A stretch of DNA of 60,866 bases, the filler included, from Sphacelaria rigidula (lineage: Eukaryota): NCBI GenBank assembly GCA_964200075.2. It is 8 parts of 8 records of this genome, joined end to end, with 100 filler letters (N's around TTAATTAATTAA, not from the genome) between each part and the next. Parts side by side here need not be neighbours in the genome. Positions count along the whole stretch, not along the records: positions 15,244 to 22,764 come from CAXNAA020014529.1; positions 22,865 to 30,385 come from CAXNAA020014530.1; positions 30,486 to 38,006 come from CAXNAA020014531.1; 5 more parts are not named here. One strand, 5' to 3'. The notes under the pieces are model-generated. The model made no database searches and was not told the origin of the DNA. It saw only the letters and a list, made by a program, of their open reading frames with translations. Positions 22,245 to 35,257 of the stretch are shown in pieces (position 1 is the first letter of the stretch; each line of letters starts with the position of its first letter). A program made the translations under genes and the position numbers.

Positions 22245-22764
22245 GTGGGGATACGTTTGGAAGATGAGTTATTCGACGAAAAACACGTGATTCACGGTTC
22301 ACATAAAACGGATTCTAATGTGTGTCGCGGGGCGCTGAACAGCTTTTGCTCTGCCCCAGCATAAATCACACGTTGAAACCCTTTTGAAACCCATTGACGA
22401 TTATTGTTTTTGTGAACGGTATCATTTTCATTCATTTTGAAAAACAAAATAATGCCGAATCACAAGAAACTAATATCGTCAAATAGGTTCCAAGAGGGTT
22501 AGAGGATGGTGGGTTTCGTAACGTGTGTGCTTTGTCGTTGTCCCATTTATTCTGGACACCGGACTGCACCTTTTGGTATATGTGGGCGCACCAGCCGAGG
22601 TCACACAGGAGGAAGGCCAACGCAGGAGTTTTTTCATTTTATTTTTCACTTGTAGACATATCATTCTGTTCCGTACTGGAACAACAAGCACCGATAATAT
22701 TGCCGTATAGGACTGCTGCCGAGATAGCCCCCCCCCCCCCCAAACCGCCCAAAACCTGCAACGA

Positions 22765-22864
22765 NNNNNNNNNNNNNNNNNNNNNNNNNNNNNNNNNNNN
22801 NNNNNNNNTTAATTAATTAANNNNNNNNNNNNNNNNNNNNNNNNNNNNNNNNNNNNNNNNNNNN
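22765..22864. other. Artificial scaffold linker
   Basis: Same 100-nt linker. Confidence 0.98.
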
Positions 22865-22917
22865 ATGCGAGGTCATTGGTCTGATGACTATGGCATGCAT
22901 GATCATGAGTACACCCG

Positions 22918-25522
22918 ACTGCCCATACTGAAGTGGGCAGGAGTCCTTCAGGGATATTATACCACGCAAAGACCATTCAACAACAACGGTGGAGACGCGA
23001 GCCCGAGTTGGAAGTCAAGAGGCACCGCGATCGCGATATTGGCGTGTGCTTCGTTTCAGAAAAACTTTGGCAGCATGACGTTGAATTCAGAAGCCCTGGC
23101 CTGGATCCCGGAGCTAAGCAGCAGCGGAGTCCGCAGTGGGGATAGGCTAGACAATAATGGGCGAGCTGTAAATTGCGTGGGTAAATACACCAGAAGCGAG
23201 GAAGGAGTAGAGTCGGACAAAGCTGGAAAGTTGCATCTGCCTGTGCGAAACGACAAACACTGGGCTAATGAACACAGCCGGAAAGTCCGCAGCGCGATCA
23301 CAGAAAAAGAAATAAAAAAGGGAAGAAAAAAGAGGAACCCGGGCGAGGCAGTGGAGTCAACTCGTTAAGGTAGCCCCTTACAGCGTCAGAACTCTCGCTG
23401 TGAAAGGAGCAAACATATAGGAGCGAGGCTACAGCGTTTTGTGTGGGACCGCGCAACGAAACACCTCGGTGCTGGGGCTGGAGGAGACGCGGAGGGCAGG
23501 ACGAACAAAATGTACAGCAGCAGGGTTCAGAGGCTTCTGCTGTGGGAGCGAATCAGGTGGGCAACTCGGTGTGGGGCTAGCCATCAAACAGTTGATTTGC
23601 AACAACGCCACCCATACCATTGAGTACATTGCCGAGCGCCTCATGACAATGCGGTTTGAAATCTCGGGGCAAAGCGGAGCGATTAATTTCGAACTGCGGA
23701 TGCACTAAACAAAGTCGCCAAGGACGAAACCAACCAAGCGTTCTGAGGTGGGCTTAACAATCTCGTGAAGCGGATCCCGTCGAAGGAGTGTGTGTATGTG
23801 TTGATGGACGCCATTGCGCGAACCGGGAAAATATTAGGAGAGGGCCTACGGGACGAAGACATCCTAGGCGCCTATGGACATCATGGGCTGCATGACAACG
23901 GCCACCTACTGTCAACTTTCGCAGCCGACAACAAACTAGCCATAACGAACAACTTTTTCAGCATGCTTAAAGGCGGAATATCACACAAATACAACGGTGT
24001 CGCGGGAAACCGCGCGAGTGACTTCAAGAGCATGGACTACATACTCAACGGGCGGGCACACCGAGGCAAAGTTCGCAAAGTGGTCGTACACCCTCAACCC
24101 GCACCGCCAAAGCTGACTCGGATCACAACATGGTTGTGGCCACTGTCGACCTCGGTGGCCGCCTCGCCCACGACCGTACCGTACGAACCAAATCGAAGCA
24201 GCGGCAATTCAGTAGACAGCAGCTGCAAATCGAAATAGCACGGCAGCATGTGATCGCGAGGTTCCCTCACAACCTCATGGAGCGAGCATACCACCCACCC
24301 ACCACCACACCGGCGGCCGCGAAGGAGTTCACAGAAGCTGTCCTTGAAGCAGCACAGACAGTCAGTACTCCCGGCAGAAACACGGATACCACGTGCGTTG
24401 GAATGGTGTGAAAGTCCCGACACGAGATCAATAGTAGAGGCAGCGCTGGCCCACCGATGGGAGGCATACCGACTGATGGAAGATAACCGGATCCCAGCAA
24501 CGTGAAAAACACTCAGAGCCGCGTGTAAGGGAGTACGTACTGCGATAGACGACGGCGTCTATGCACACCTGAAGAGATTAATGGCGAACGAAGTTAGAAA
24601 CGGTCTACAAGGATCGCGACATGCAAGGCCTGCACGGACACCTCAAGAGATCGGCGGGTCTTGGCAGGAGTCAATCAAGGGAGCAGCAGTTCATCTAGGA
24701 CGAGAACGGGATTCTACTGAGGAATAAAATCGATATCCTGAAGCGGTGGGCGAGGTTTCTCCGAACCCTGCTCAAAACCATACTGCCCATGCCGAACCCA
24801 GCCATCATCGAGGTGGTGAAGCAGCGACCGACAGCATCACTCACCGGGATTCGGTACCGCTTGGGTCAGCACCAACGCTGGAGAGGACTGTATGAGCAGT
24901 CCGGGGGATGCAAAACTGGAAAGCGCCGGGACACAACTCCCTCCCTGTAGAACTACGTAAGGTCAACGGTCGCGCCGAGCCTATCGTTCTCGAATGCTTC
25001 CATGCCATCCTCGTCGAGGTGTGGAACGGAGGTGAGATCCCGCAGGCGTGGAAAGACGCAACGATAAACATGCTCTACAAGATATCGTACCGCTCTATCT
25101 GTAACAACTACAGGGAAATCTCACTAGTCTCGCACGCAGGAAAAAGTGCTTCTGAGGGTAGTGGCCAACCGCCTCAGCGACTACTGCGAAGCCCATTAGA
25201 TACTGCCGGAGGAACATTGCGGCTTCCGACCCGATCGATCCACCGTCGACATGCTGTTTGTAGTGCGTCGACTTCATGAAGTGGGACGATGGTGGAGAAT
25301 ACCGCTTTACATGTACTTCGACCTCCAAGAGGCTTATGAGTCGGTCGACCGAAAGTGTCTGTGCCAGGTGCTGACCCGAGCTGGAATTCTGGGTGAGATG
25401 ATCGGTTAGCCGCCAATTGCACGGCGGCATGTAGGCCCGCTTACGCATGGACAACGGGGAGCTCTTGGAGTGATTCGAGGTCACTCGGGGACTACGACAA
25501 GGATGTGTACTGTCTCCACTGT
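22918..25522 (+). mobile_element. Decayed RTE-like LINE, 5' part (APE endonuclease and N-terminal RT)
   Basis: [53 protein letters not shown] and GLRQGCVLSPL, with many stops and frameshifts. 5' boundary approximate. Confidence 0.9.
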
Positions 25523-27467
25523 AATGGGTGGGACTGGAGGGTCTAACGACCAAAAATCAGCGGCAAACTAAAAAAATATAAGTGCGGAGGAATAATGAAC
25601 ACGTCAGTAGGTGGTCGCACCTGTGCCGAGGCCCTCTCGAGCAGAGCGCACGCCTCATCACTCATAAACTTGATTCACTATGGGACAGCTCTAGCACGGG
25701 AGATCGCGCGGTTCTCGACACAGGAAGCAAGCCAGCCTACGGCACTTCACACACCCCCGCATACACACAAGATCTAGGAGAATCCATTGCACATTTTCCT
25801 GGCGTCGCGCCAGCAGCGAGAAAACCCACTCCCAGAGCGCAAAACACCTCATTTTTGTAAGTTTGGGTTTGTTGCGGCTCAGTATCACGCTCGAACGAAA
25901 AAGTGAATTAGGTTGACCTAGCTTGGGTGTGTAGGAAGCGCACGCAAGAAACGGCAGTCCAATCCTCTGCTTTGTCACCGAGTTCTACGCGTTGCGCGAC
26001 CGGCACTTTTGGGTTGAGGATTAGTGTCTAGCGCTATTATAATAGAGGTCCAACATCGCAAATTCAAAAAAATCGGTGCGCATGTTGTTTTTTCTCGCCG
26101 CAAGTTGTCACCACATGCTGTTTGGTTGCGTGTCGGCAGGTGCTGCTGCTTAGTTCTGTGCGGCTGTGCACAACAGGCAATTTCGCCTTTCAACAGCGAG
26201 TATCCCTTCAAGTGTCGAATTCCAGAGGGGGAGTTCACAGAAGAAAGACAAAGCTAGCGGCTGCTTCGTGACAGAGCTCCAGTGCAGAAGCCGAGACGTC
26301 TGGAGCGATTGTAGTACTTGCACTGCCTTACATCTGCTAGCGACTGTTGTAATCGTGTACTTCATACTTGTCTGTTTATATATACTAATATAAGAGTGAG
26401 ATGCAAACTATGCGACGGTCGACAGCTTCGTTTTGGGCTGCATATTTTTTTCTCCCAGCGAGCAGCGTGTGACAGTGTTTCACTTTGTGGCGTGCCGCCA
26501 GGTGCTGCTTCGTTCTGCACGGCTGTGCACAATGAGCAAAAGAGCCTTTCAACAGCGAGTACTCTTCATGTATTGAGTCGCAGAGGGCGACGTAACACAT
26601 GAACTTCGGCTGCTGGATCTGAGGGTTCCAGCGGAGACACCAGGGCGCCGAGAGCGATTTTTATTTCAGACTTCCCACTGACTATATATATGAACAGGTC
26701 AGCAGATCCACTATATTTCAACTGACTGCCTGTACATACTGAAAATAATATGTAAACCATGCGATTTACACCTACTTGCATCTTCGACCAGATACTATTT
26801 TTTGGCACCAATGTCACGACCTTAGCTTTGGTGGCGGTCCGCCATGTGCCATTCTGTTCTGTGGGGATGTGTACAAAGGACAACCTCACTTATCATGAGC
26901 GAATGCCCTTTCACCCCTTGGCTTGTAGGGGACGAGTTCACCGATGAAACACGGCCGTCTTGTGAAAGACGTTTTCGAGAGAGAACCCAAGGGATGCGCG
27001 ACGCTGCTGCTTGTGGTATCCAAATTTCCGTACTCTCTCGTTCTAGCACGATGTCAGGCACGCCTTTCCTGCAGATGCGTTGGTGTGTGGCGGTCACAAC
27101 TACCGCTGTTCGTCTTCTAGTCTTGTTATATTCGCAATGGTGGTAAACGTGGGGTGGCAGCTCGGGCGCGTGCGCTTCCCGAGTAGTACAGCAGCTGAAC
27201 ACTAGTGCACCAAGAGTTTGCACCCACTGATCTGGAGCGAGTTATGCGGTGGAACAAAATCATCTCAACACCGATTACTCACAGGCTCGAAGATATGTAC
27301 CATGTTTATAGTACATTTCATATGAGCCAGGTCGTTGTTTCTAGGTGACGCATGTATTTTTTATTGATATGATTCGTCTGATTACGGTCCAGTTCTTACG
27401 CATATAGCGCTCGTGATCCGTTTTCCCGAAATATAGTACCCAAAATCGGGCCCCAGTCCCACCCATA
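25523..27467. mobile_element. 1945-bp non-autonomous TIR element inserted in the LINE RT
   Basis: TIR (a/t)ATGGGTGGGACTGG at both ends. 5-bp TSD ACTGT (25518-25522 and 27468-27472). Removing it restores S-P-L-L-F-N of the RT. Internal direct repeat ~26080-26220 / 26440-26580. Confidence 0.88.
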
Positions 27468-29045
27468 ACTGTTGTTTAATAGTTTGTTTTGCTGCGGCGC
27501 TCGGGAAAGTTCTTGTGCGATTCAGCGAGGGCGGTATCATCCCCAAGGACATAGTATATCTCGACGAGGAGACGGGGAGGGGGACGGAGACATATCTGAA
27601 ACGCGTACGGAGAGCGGTGTGGGGAATGCTATATGCCGATGACGCGGCCGTCTTCTGGAGGTCCCCCGACGGCTTGGCGAGGATGATGATCGTTATAATG
27701 CACGTGTTCGGGGGGTTTGGACTGACGATGTCGGAGAAGAAAGCGGAGACTCTCCTGATGCGAGTGCCAGAAAAATCGCCACAGAAGGGGGAGCCACCAA
27801 CACCACATCCCCCGCCACTGGTCATCGAAGCAGCGGTCCAGAATTATGCACAGACAACATTCCGATACTTGGGCGGGCTCGTCGACGAAGATGGCGAGTT
27901 CACAAGAGATCAACAGTCGGAGGAGGGCAGCATGGACGTGCATCAGAAAGTTTCCCCAGGTTCTCTTTGACCGACAGAAAATACCGTGGAGATTCAAGGT
28001 CTAACTGCTGAAGGCGGAGGCGATGGTGGCCCTACTGTACGAATGCATAACGTGGGCCCCGCGCCGCGAACACTACCTGTTGCTGAGGACGGTAGACTAC
28101 CGGCTCCTCCTGCGAGCTGTCGGGTACCGCCGCGTGTGTGGCACATACCGACAGTTTTCGCAAGCCCAGGCCCTCAAGAAGACCGGGTGCCGAAGTGCTA
28201 AAGCCATTGTCCGGCAACGGTGACTGCTGTTCGCGGAAGCCCTGGCTAGACAACGGGACGGACGACTACCGAAGCGACTGACATTCGAGGCACTCGTGTG
28301 GGGGGGGGATCCAGGAACAGGGTGCCCGGAGCAATACTGGATCAAGTGTCTGAGGGACGATCTTCAAGCTTTCGGAGCCACGAACGGCTGCACGGACTAC
28401 CACGGACAGAATACGGAGTTGAGAGTGTCCTCTAGCCCCTAGCAGCGAAGAAGGAAGGGGAGATACCGGGGCATGCGGGGGGGCTGCGGGGAGCGGAGGG
28501 ATTGATGACCAATTTGGCACAAGAACGAGGAAGAGACCAGCTGAATACGTGCAATTAAACAGGATATCTGAGGAGAGTAGGAAGGAAATGAAGAACAGAA
28601 AGCCAGCTCGTACCGAACTGAACATGGCGAAGGTGGCAGGACTCCCCATCATCTCCCCACGTCTTCTTCTTTTTCCCTACTAATTTCTGCCTTCCATGTA
28701 TCCCTGCCCCGCGGTGGTGTGTTATGTGGTGCTTTTTTTTAAGCCTAGTATATTTGTACGCATGAGTGTCCCTCTAAAAGTACAAGAATAGAACCCTGCG
28801 ATTCTTATCGCTATGGTTGGTGATCTTAGTTCCTGAGTTTGGCTCGTTTCTGTTTGGCCTCGCGTGTTCAGTGGTCCATTGGGCCCTGCCTTCAGTAGCG
28901 CGAATGGCCGCCTATGGCACCGGAACTTATGGGACTAGTAGTATTTCTCTTCTTCTTTTTTGAACTGTTTATTTTTTTATTTCTTTTTGTATCGCACCCA
29001 GTGTGAATTCTTGTGGGTCTGATTTCTATATTTATTTCCTTATAC
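27468..29045 (+). mobile_element. Same RTE-like LINE, 3' part (RT YADD, C-terminus, 3' UTR)
   Basis: LFN...VRFSE, MLYADDAA, FRYLGG, LLYECITW and RLPKRL.F. Confidence 0.9.
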
Positions 29046-29047
29046 CT

Positions 29048-29597
29048 CAGAAGGCCTTGCTCGAATGATGGCCGTGATAGTGATGACCTGCCAGGAATCC
29101 GGCCTGATGGTCTCCGAGAACAAGACAGAGTCCATGCGCCTTTGATCAGTACCCAGTCCCATGGAGGCCACCCTGAATATCAAAGCTGCCAGTCAACGGT
29201 ATACGCAGACGGGGAAGTTCATCTACCTTGGTGGAGCTATCGGCGCGGATGCGAACATGTCCATCGAAATCAACCGCCGTATCAGCGCGGCGTAGGCGCG
29301 TATCCGAGAATATAGCTCCCAACACTACGACCGACTCGGCGCCGAGCTATCCTTGAAAGTTCGATTGCTTGAAGCGGAGGAGATGGAAGCTCTGTTGTAT
29401 GGGTGTGCCACATGGACGCTACGTTCTGAGGACTTCGACAGTCTGCGCACGGTCCATCACAAGCCTTTGCTGCGAGTGGTTGGATTCCGCAGGAACGATC
29501 GAAATGGCTACAAAACTCTTTCGTAAAGAGCGGTGCTCGAGATGACCAGCTGCGAACGTATCGAGACGACTATCCGCAAACGTCAACTCTGCTTCAC
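29048..29597 (+). mobile_element. Second RTE-like LINE fragment (C-terminal RT)
   Basis: GLARMMAVIV, FIYLGGAI and ALLYGCATWTL, paralogous to 27670-28220. Confidence 0.85.
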
Positions 29598-30385
29598 AAC
29601 ACCACGGGCCACGAACTACGAGCCGCGAGCTCCCCCTCGCGCAGCCGTGGTTGTGATTTTTTTTTTCTGCCCATAAATATCAAGTGATCCGCGACGAAAT
29701 CCAGCCGTGCTTACAAGATCGACATACTCGGGATAAATTAGCGGAGAACTCCACATTTGGTGCAATCATTTTTTTGTCTTTCGATCTCACCCTTGTTTTT
29801 TATCCAGGTACATGCCTCGCATTTCGGTTTCTCGGCAAGGATGTAGCCGTCCCAGCCCGCATCGACCGCCAGCTCCAGTCCGCCGAATCTTGCACTTACT
29901 CACTTGTGTCTCATCTGTCTGTACCCACGCGTTTCCCGTGAAAGTGAAAGTGTCCCAACCCGGATAAAAACTCCTGAGTTGGGTGATTGAGCTTCGAACC
30001 CAATGCTGTCGACAAGGCTTACCGGACAGTCTGTAGGTCATGTCATTCTCCTCTACACGGATGGTTGCTTCGTTTGTCCGGTGGTAAGGTCCCCAGCCGG
30101 GCGGCGGGCGGGAGAGGACGAGAGAGGGTTGTGAGTGGGAAATGCCCGACGCGATAGTTCCAAGTTGACTTCTATCGTGTGCGTCAACCTGTGCTCCTCT
30201 TGCTCAGTTGGCTGTCGGGGCTGAGGGGGGAGCATCCGCGAAGTCTGGACACCAAAATTTTAACATTACCGATCTTCTCCTCCTCCGGCCTCGGCCCGAG
30301 CGCTGAGGCCGGTTCGGGCTGGCTGACGGCAGCGGCCCAAGGAAAGAGGCAGCAACTTGGCTAGTACGGAGTATCTGTGATATCT

Positions 30386-30485
30386 NNNNNNNNNNNNNNN
30401 NNNNNNNNNNNNNNNNNNNNNNNNNNNNNTTAATTAATTAANNNNNNNNNNNNNNNNNNNNNNNNNNNNNNNNNNNNNNNNNNNN
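30386..30485. other. Artificial scaffold linker
   Basis: Same 100-nt linker. Confidence 0.98.
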
Positions 30486-30942
30486 TGAGCACGGTAAACT
30501 TAATATGCCAAAACCATCGACGGTAGCACTTTCGAGTGCTCATGGAAAAAGTTATGCGAAAACTTCCCGAAAATAGACCATCCGCAGGAAATGCTAGACT
30601 GAGGTCTGTGCAGTATAGGAGGGAAACAGAATCTCGATCGTTATTGTGAAGAATTTCATACGTATCCATATATCTTAATATTTACCGTTTCCTCGCGGAA
30701 GAGTGGGAAAGCGGCTCATATTGGATCAAAAACCACCAATAGCACCCTCCTGATAAACGGGGTATCAAGTCCGTATCGCCCCAGAAACAACAACTTGAGC
30801 ACTGCAGTTTAAGCGCGGCCCACCCTTTCCACCTGAATCTACCGGCGCCAGCACTTTCAAGTAGTAGTGAAGAATAGTACTTCAGAAAAACTCAAAAACT
30901 ACAACAACTACGAATTCTGAAAACTTCTGATGCTGACTACTA

Positions 30943-33900
30943 TGCCAGCCATCTGAAATTGCCCGTGATTGAAAGCATGCTGGAACATGTCCTTAACGTC
31001 AGCCGTAGCATTAAGCTGCGAGTCTGCATAAAAACGCAAACGAGTTACATGGGCGGTCTGAACACGAACCGAAACAATGGTTTGAATCTCAAACACGTGC
31101 GGGTGGTGAGCACCAACCACTCTCATGGGCCAGTCCACGTCGCCATCAACTTGGGCGTAACACCCGAACGACGCACGCGTGCATACAAGGCATCGTCACC
31201 TACCTCAAAAATCGGCAATTCCAGCCCCGACAAGGACCCCTCACGTCTACGCGCACATTCAGTGGCAACACGTTCCTGCACTTGAACATGGAAACGTTCT
31301 TGCAAGTCCAAGATTCCTTGAAAAGCACTCTTAATTCGAACATCGTCTAGAACATCACTCTTCCACTCCCCCGCCGACAAAAACGCCAGCACCGAGAAAG
31401 ACGTCTGAGGGGCACGACCAAACATCACGTGGTACGGCGTGCTATCGTAATGGCGACGATACGCTGCATTAAGCGCCCATTGCACCGCCGGCAACACGTC
31501 CACCCACTCGGAAACCGCTCTACGCTGCTCGGGAAGAATAGAGCGAAGAGCACGAACTACTTCCCTGACCATGCGCTCGCATGTACCGTTAGACGACGGA
31601 GAATATGCTACCTCAAACTGGTGACCAACGCGCAAAGCCTCTTGCAATCGGGCCAAGATCGCATTCTTGAAATGCGTGACGGTATCACTCACCCACACAC
31701 GCGGCACCCCCAAAGGTTTGCACCAATTCAGCAAAGATGCAGCGGATGATTCGGCAGTACACACTGCTACTGGTTCCAGAGCCACAAAATTGCTCAAATC
31801 ATCCATGATGACCAAAATGTATCGGAACCCAGCATCCTCCGACAAACCTTGGGAAGCTAGCGGGCCACTCTCGTCCACGTGCAAGAAGTCAAAATGAACG
31901 ACTTCATTCGGCGTGGTCCCATGGACCGTTTCGCCGAGCGGGCGGGGAACAACATCGCCAGCCCTCGAGTCAGCACAGTGAAGACACTGGCGGAAAAATT
32001 CGCGCACATTAGTTTCTATCCCCTGTCAGACACAAAACTCTTGCAAGTGCACGAGCGTCGCAGCCACACCACGATACCTGGCCTCGTGCATGTGCGCGCA
32101 AATCATCAGACGTACCTGCAACTGCTTGTCAGAACTCAGAACCCACAAAACGTTTCGGCCACGCACATGCACACAAAACAGACCTGCATTGTCCAAGATA
32201 GCTGTACCAACGTCCGACTCGAAAGATTGCACATCCACATCGTCGGCCCCAAGGTCTTTTCGTTGCGCTTGGCGGACAACAGATTTGCACGGCATCGAGT
32301 CATCAGGTTCACACGGACCATACACAGCCACAGCGTGCAAGAACATTTGGATTTCAAATGTAAGCACCTGCATCACCAAACTACCCCAATGGCACTCAAA
32401 TGCATCCGGAAACACTGACACCTGGCAATCAAGACGAGGGTGGAGTAGCGTCACGGCATGAGCCACCATATCCTTCGCTGCCGCCCACGCCTGCAGTATG
32501 CCCTCCGTCCACGATGCAGCCTTCTTCGTCAACACCATATCTGGACTGGATCACCCCACCTGCAAATTCCGTAACACCAACCCGAGCGCCGAAAGAGCCG
32601 CCATGCACGATGCCAACCAACTCGATTTAACTGGATCGTACCGCCGCGGCTTCGTCTTTACCGCGGACGCCCCAGGTTTTGGCTAAACACGCATGGGCTT
32701 CACACGTGCAGGAGGATCACCCCGCAGCGCACGACGAAACGCGTTGACGCGGCAATGTAATGTGTCGCGCAGGTGCTCCGCTTTTGAGACGCTGAGGCTT
32801 TTCGCCACAGCATCCGTCACGCTCTCCTCCAGCGCGACCTTTCTAGCGGACTCCTCTTCCGTCGACTCAATAAATATCTCCGGGCCGCGCACTACCAAGC
32901 GTTCCACCGCCGCATCCCGTTCCTCAGTCACCTGCTCCTCAGCCTCCTGAAAAGCATCCACCGACAAACTCACGCGACGACTGCCCAAAAAGGCGCGCGT
33001 CTTCACGTGAGGACCAGGCGGAGATATCCGCGTCTTGATGAAGTCCTTCAACCGCTCATACGGGTCGACTCCTAGATCCTGTAGCGTCGGTAGCCCCAGA
33101 AGAACAACGCCATCCGACCCTGGCATAATCGCAAACGAGATCGGAGGCAACGGCGCCAGCCCCAAAGCAGTCTTGAAGGCTAGCTGCAACGGAACAGTAC
33201 GCTCCGTGACTGAAACATGCTGACCCGACGCGGTGACTGCCTGCCGGGCCCCAAGCGGAAACGGAATGCGGAGCGGCACACCCGGGAGCTGACGCTTCAG
33301 CATCTGAACCATCTGCACCGGCAGACTAGTGAAATGGGCGCCAGAATCCAACACAGACCGAACCACAATGGCTCCACGCTGCCGTTGACTCGGAATACAT
33401 AACTTCGCCGGGATGTATCTGTCGGCAAGCTCCACGGGAACTTCTTTCGCTACCCTATGCGCCGCTAATCCCACTTGACGCCACGGCTGCGCAAGCTGCG
33501 CAGGCGAAGACGCCCCAGCAGGTTCAGACGGCACCGCCGGCGGGCACGCCCCCCAGTCAGCAAACCAAGAATTTGGCGACCCTCCGACCAGCGTGTCAAC
33601 AGGCGTCGCGCCTGGCACTGCTGCCGGTGTCGCCGCCGGCGCCACCACAAGCGCCGGCGCAGTGTTCGACTTTGTTAAAGTCGGGCCCACCTGCACCCCC
33701 CGTTGCGGAGCAGCAGCACCTACGGCCGCGCCGGACCCAGAGCCAGGCCCATGCTGACGCCGCTGCACCTGCTGCTGCTGGTTCTGCTGCTGCTGCGGCT
33801 GCGGCTGCTACTGAGGGCTTGCTTGTGACCCTCCATCGCCGGAGAATCCGCCGCCGCCACCACGATTACCTCGTCTTTTGCCCTTGTGCTGACAATGCTA

Positions 33901-35257
33901 ATGGCGCGCGGCACTAGACTGCCCAGACTCGCCATCGGAAGACTTTGGGCAATCGCGCGCGTAATGGCCGACCTGGCCACAGCGGTGGCAAGTAATACTC
34001 GCCGGCGCGACCGGCCGATCTCGAGCCGCGGTTATGCAAAGCTTTCGGCGAAGGGGTGGACGACTGGTCGAACGCCTCTATTTTCCGCCACTCCCTGGCC
34101 TCGGCCACGACGGTGCTCATCACCAGGTATGGGTCGGCCTTCCAGTCTGTTTGATGCTGCAGCTTGACAAGCACGGCTTGCTTGAACTTTCCCGGTGCCA
34201 ACCCTCCAACAAAGCCTTCGTGATTACTGCAGCTGGGCTGGAAATGAACTCACCATCGGGGGAACGATATACTAGTTCCACGTTCGGATTTTCCGTGAAG
34301 TACTTCTCCAATTGGACAGGATGGGCTCCACCCGTTCCAACATCGTTTTTCCCGGAGAATCCATTGCGACAGCTTTCGCCACGGCCGCGGACGCTTGGAT
34401 CAGATCTACCTCGGCGCCCGCCGCATGCCCAGTATGCTTTTTGATCGCCGCAACCAATTGCGGCGAGGTGATAGTGCTGTCATTATGTTCCAAACGAGCG
34501 AAGACGCTTTGTACATGAGTTGGCACTTGTTGAGCCATTGTCACTATAATACCTGATGGCGCACGGCACCCCCTGCATTCGCGTGCTCCACACGCTTCTT
34601 GTACTCCAAACACCTCGTGTAAAAGGTGCGAGATGCACTCTCTGAGTACCTGTCCCCGTATTGAGGAGGTCGCAACTCTTCCCGCATGACCACGGATGTC
34701 ACGGTGGACGTAGCTCGTGAGCTGGTAGCCATAGCTGTAGCTGTAACCGGCTACCTGCGAACCTCTGCAGGCCAGCGGACCTTCGCGAATTGCACTTTCC
34801 TTGCTTCGTCGCCGCACCACACATCCGTAGGAGCCTCCAAACTCCCGCTGCACGCAGCTTCAGCAAGTCTCTAGTCTGGATCAATCACAGGCCAGTCGCC
34901 TTTCTGCAGCTGCCTCAGCTGGAACTCTCTCCACGCGTCCGTGGTGTATCAGGTTTCCACAGCTACCAGACTCCTACCGAAATCCTTTCCAGCAGGTTTC
35001 TTGCACTAACACTCGCACTAGCATTAATATCGATATTGTGACGCCAGCCAGTGGAAGAACTGCTGGATCACTACTGTTGAGGGACTCCCCAGTCTTACTG
35101 GCCTCAGTTTCAGTTGTCAGCCTTCACAACATTCTCATTATTTAGGAGTGTCCTCGCAGCCACAGCCTCCTAGACACGCCAGGATGTCAACCTCGTGTCC
35201 CCGGTCATTATCCAGATCATCACTACCAACTCAACGTAACGGCGTTATTTCGTCACA
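30943..35257 (-). mobile_element. Decayed Ty3/Gypsy LTR retrotransposon (5' LTR, gag, protease, deleted RT/RNase H, integrase)
   Basis: LTR 35037-35257 with TGTGACG...CGTCACA ends. Protease VLDSGAHF. Integrase zinc finger CAH...CLHC, HFDFL, VWVSD, SNGTCERM and WTGP. The RT core is missing near 32550. Confidence 0.92.

Noticed and set aside
22875-22917. Hammerhead ribozyme core (CTGATGA)
   Set aside because: It is a single-copy variant of the family B consensus CTTATGA, with no GAAA or stems.
30000-30365. Second HDV-like ribozyme on the minus strand
   Set aside because: A P1-like helix followed by GGGG exists, but no P3/L3 or P2 could be drawn.
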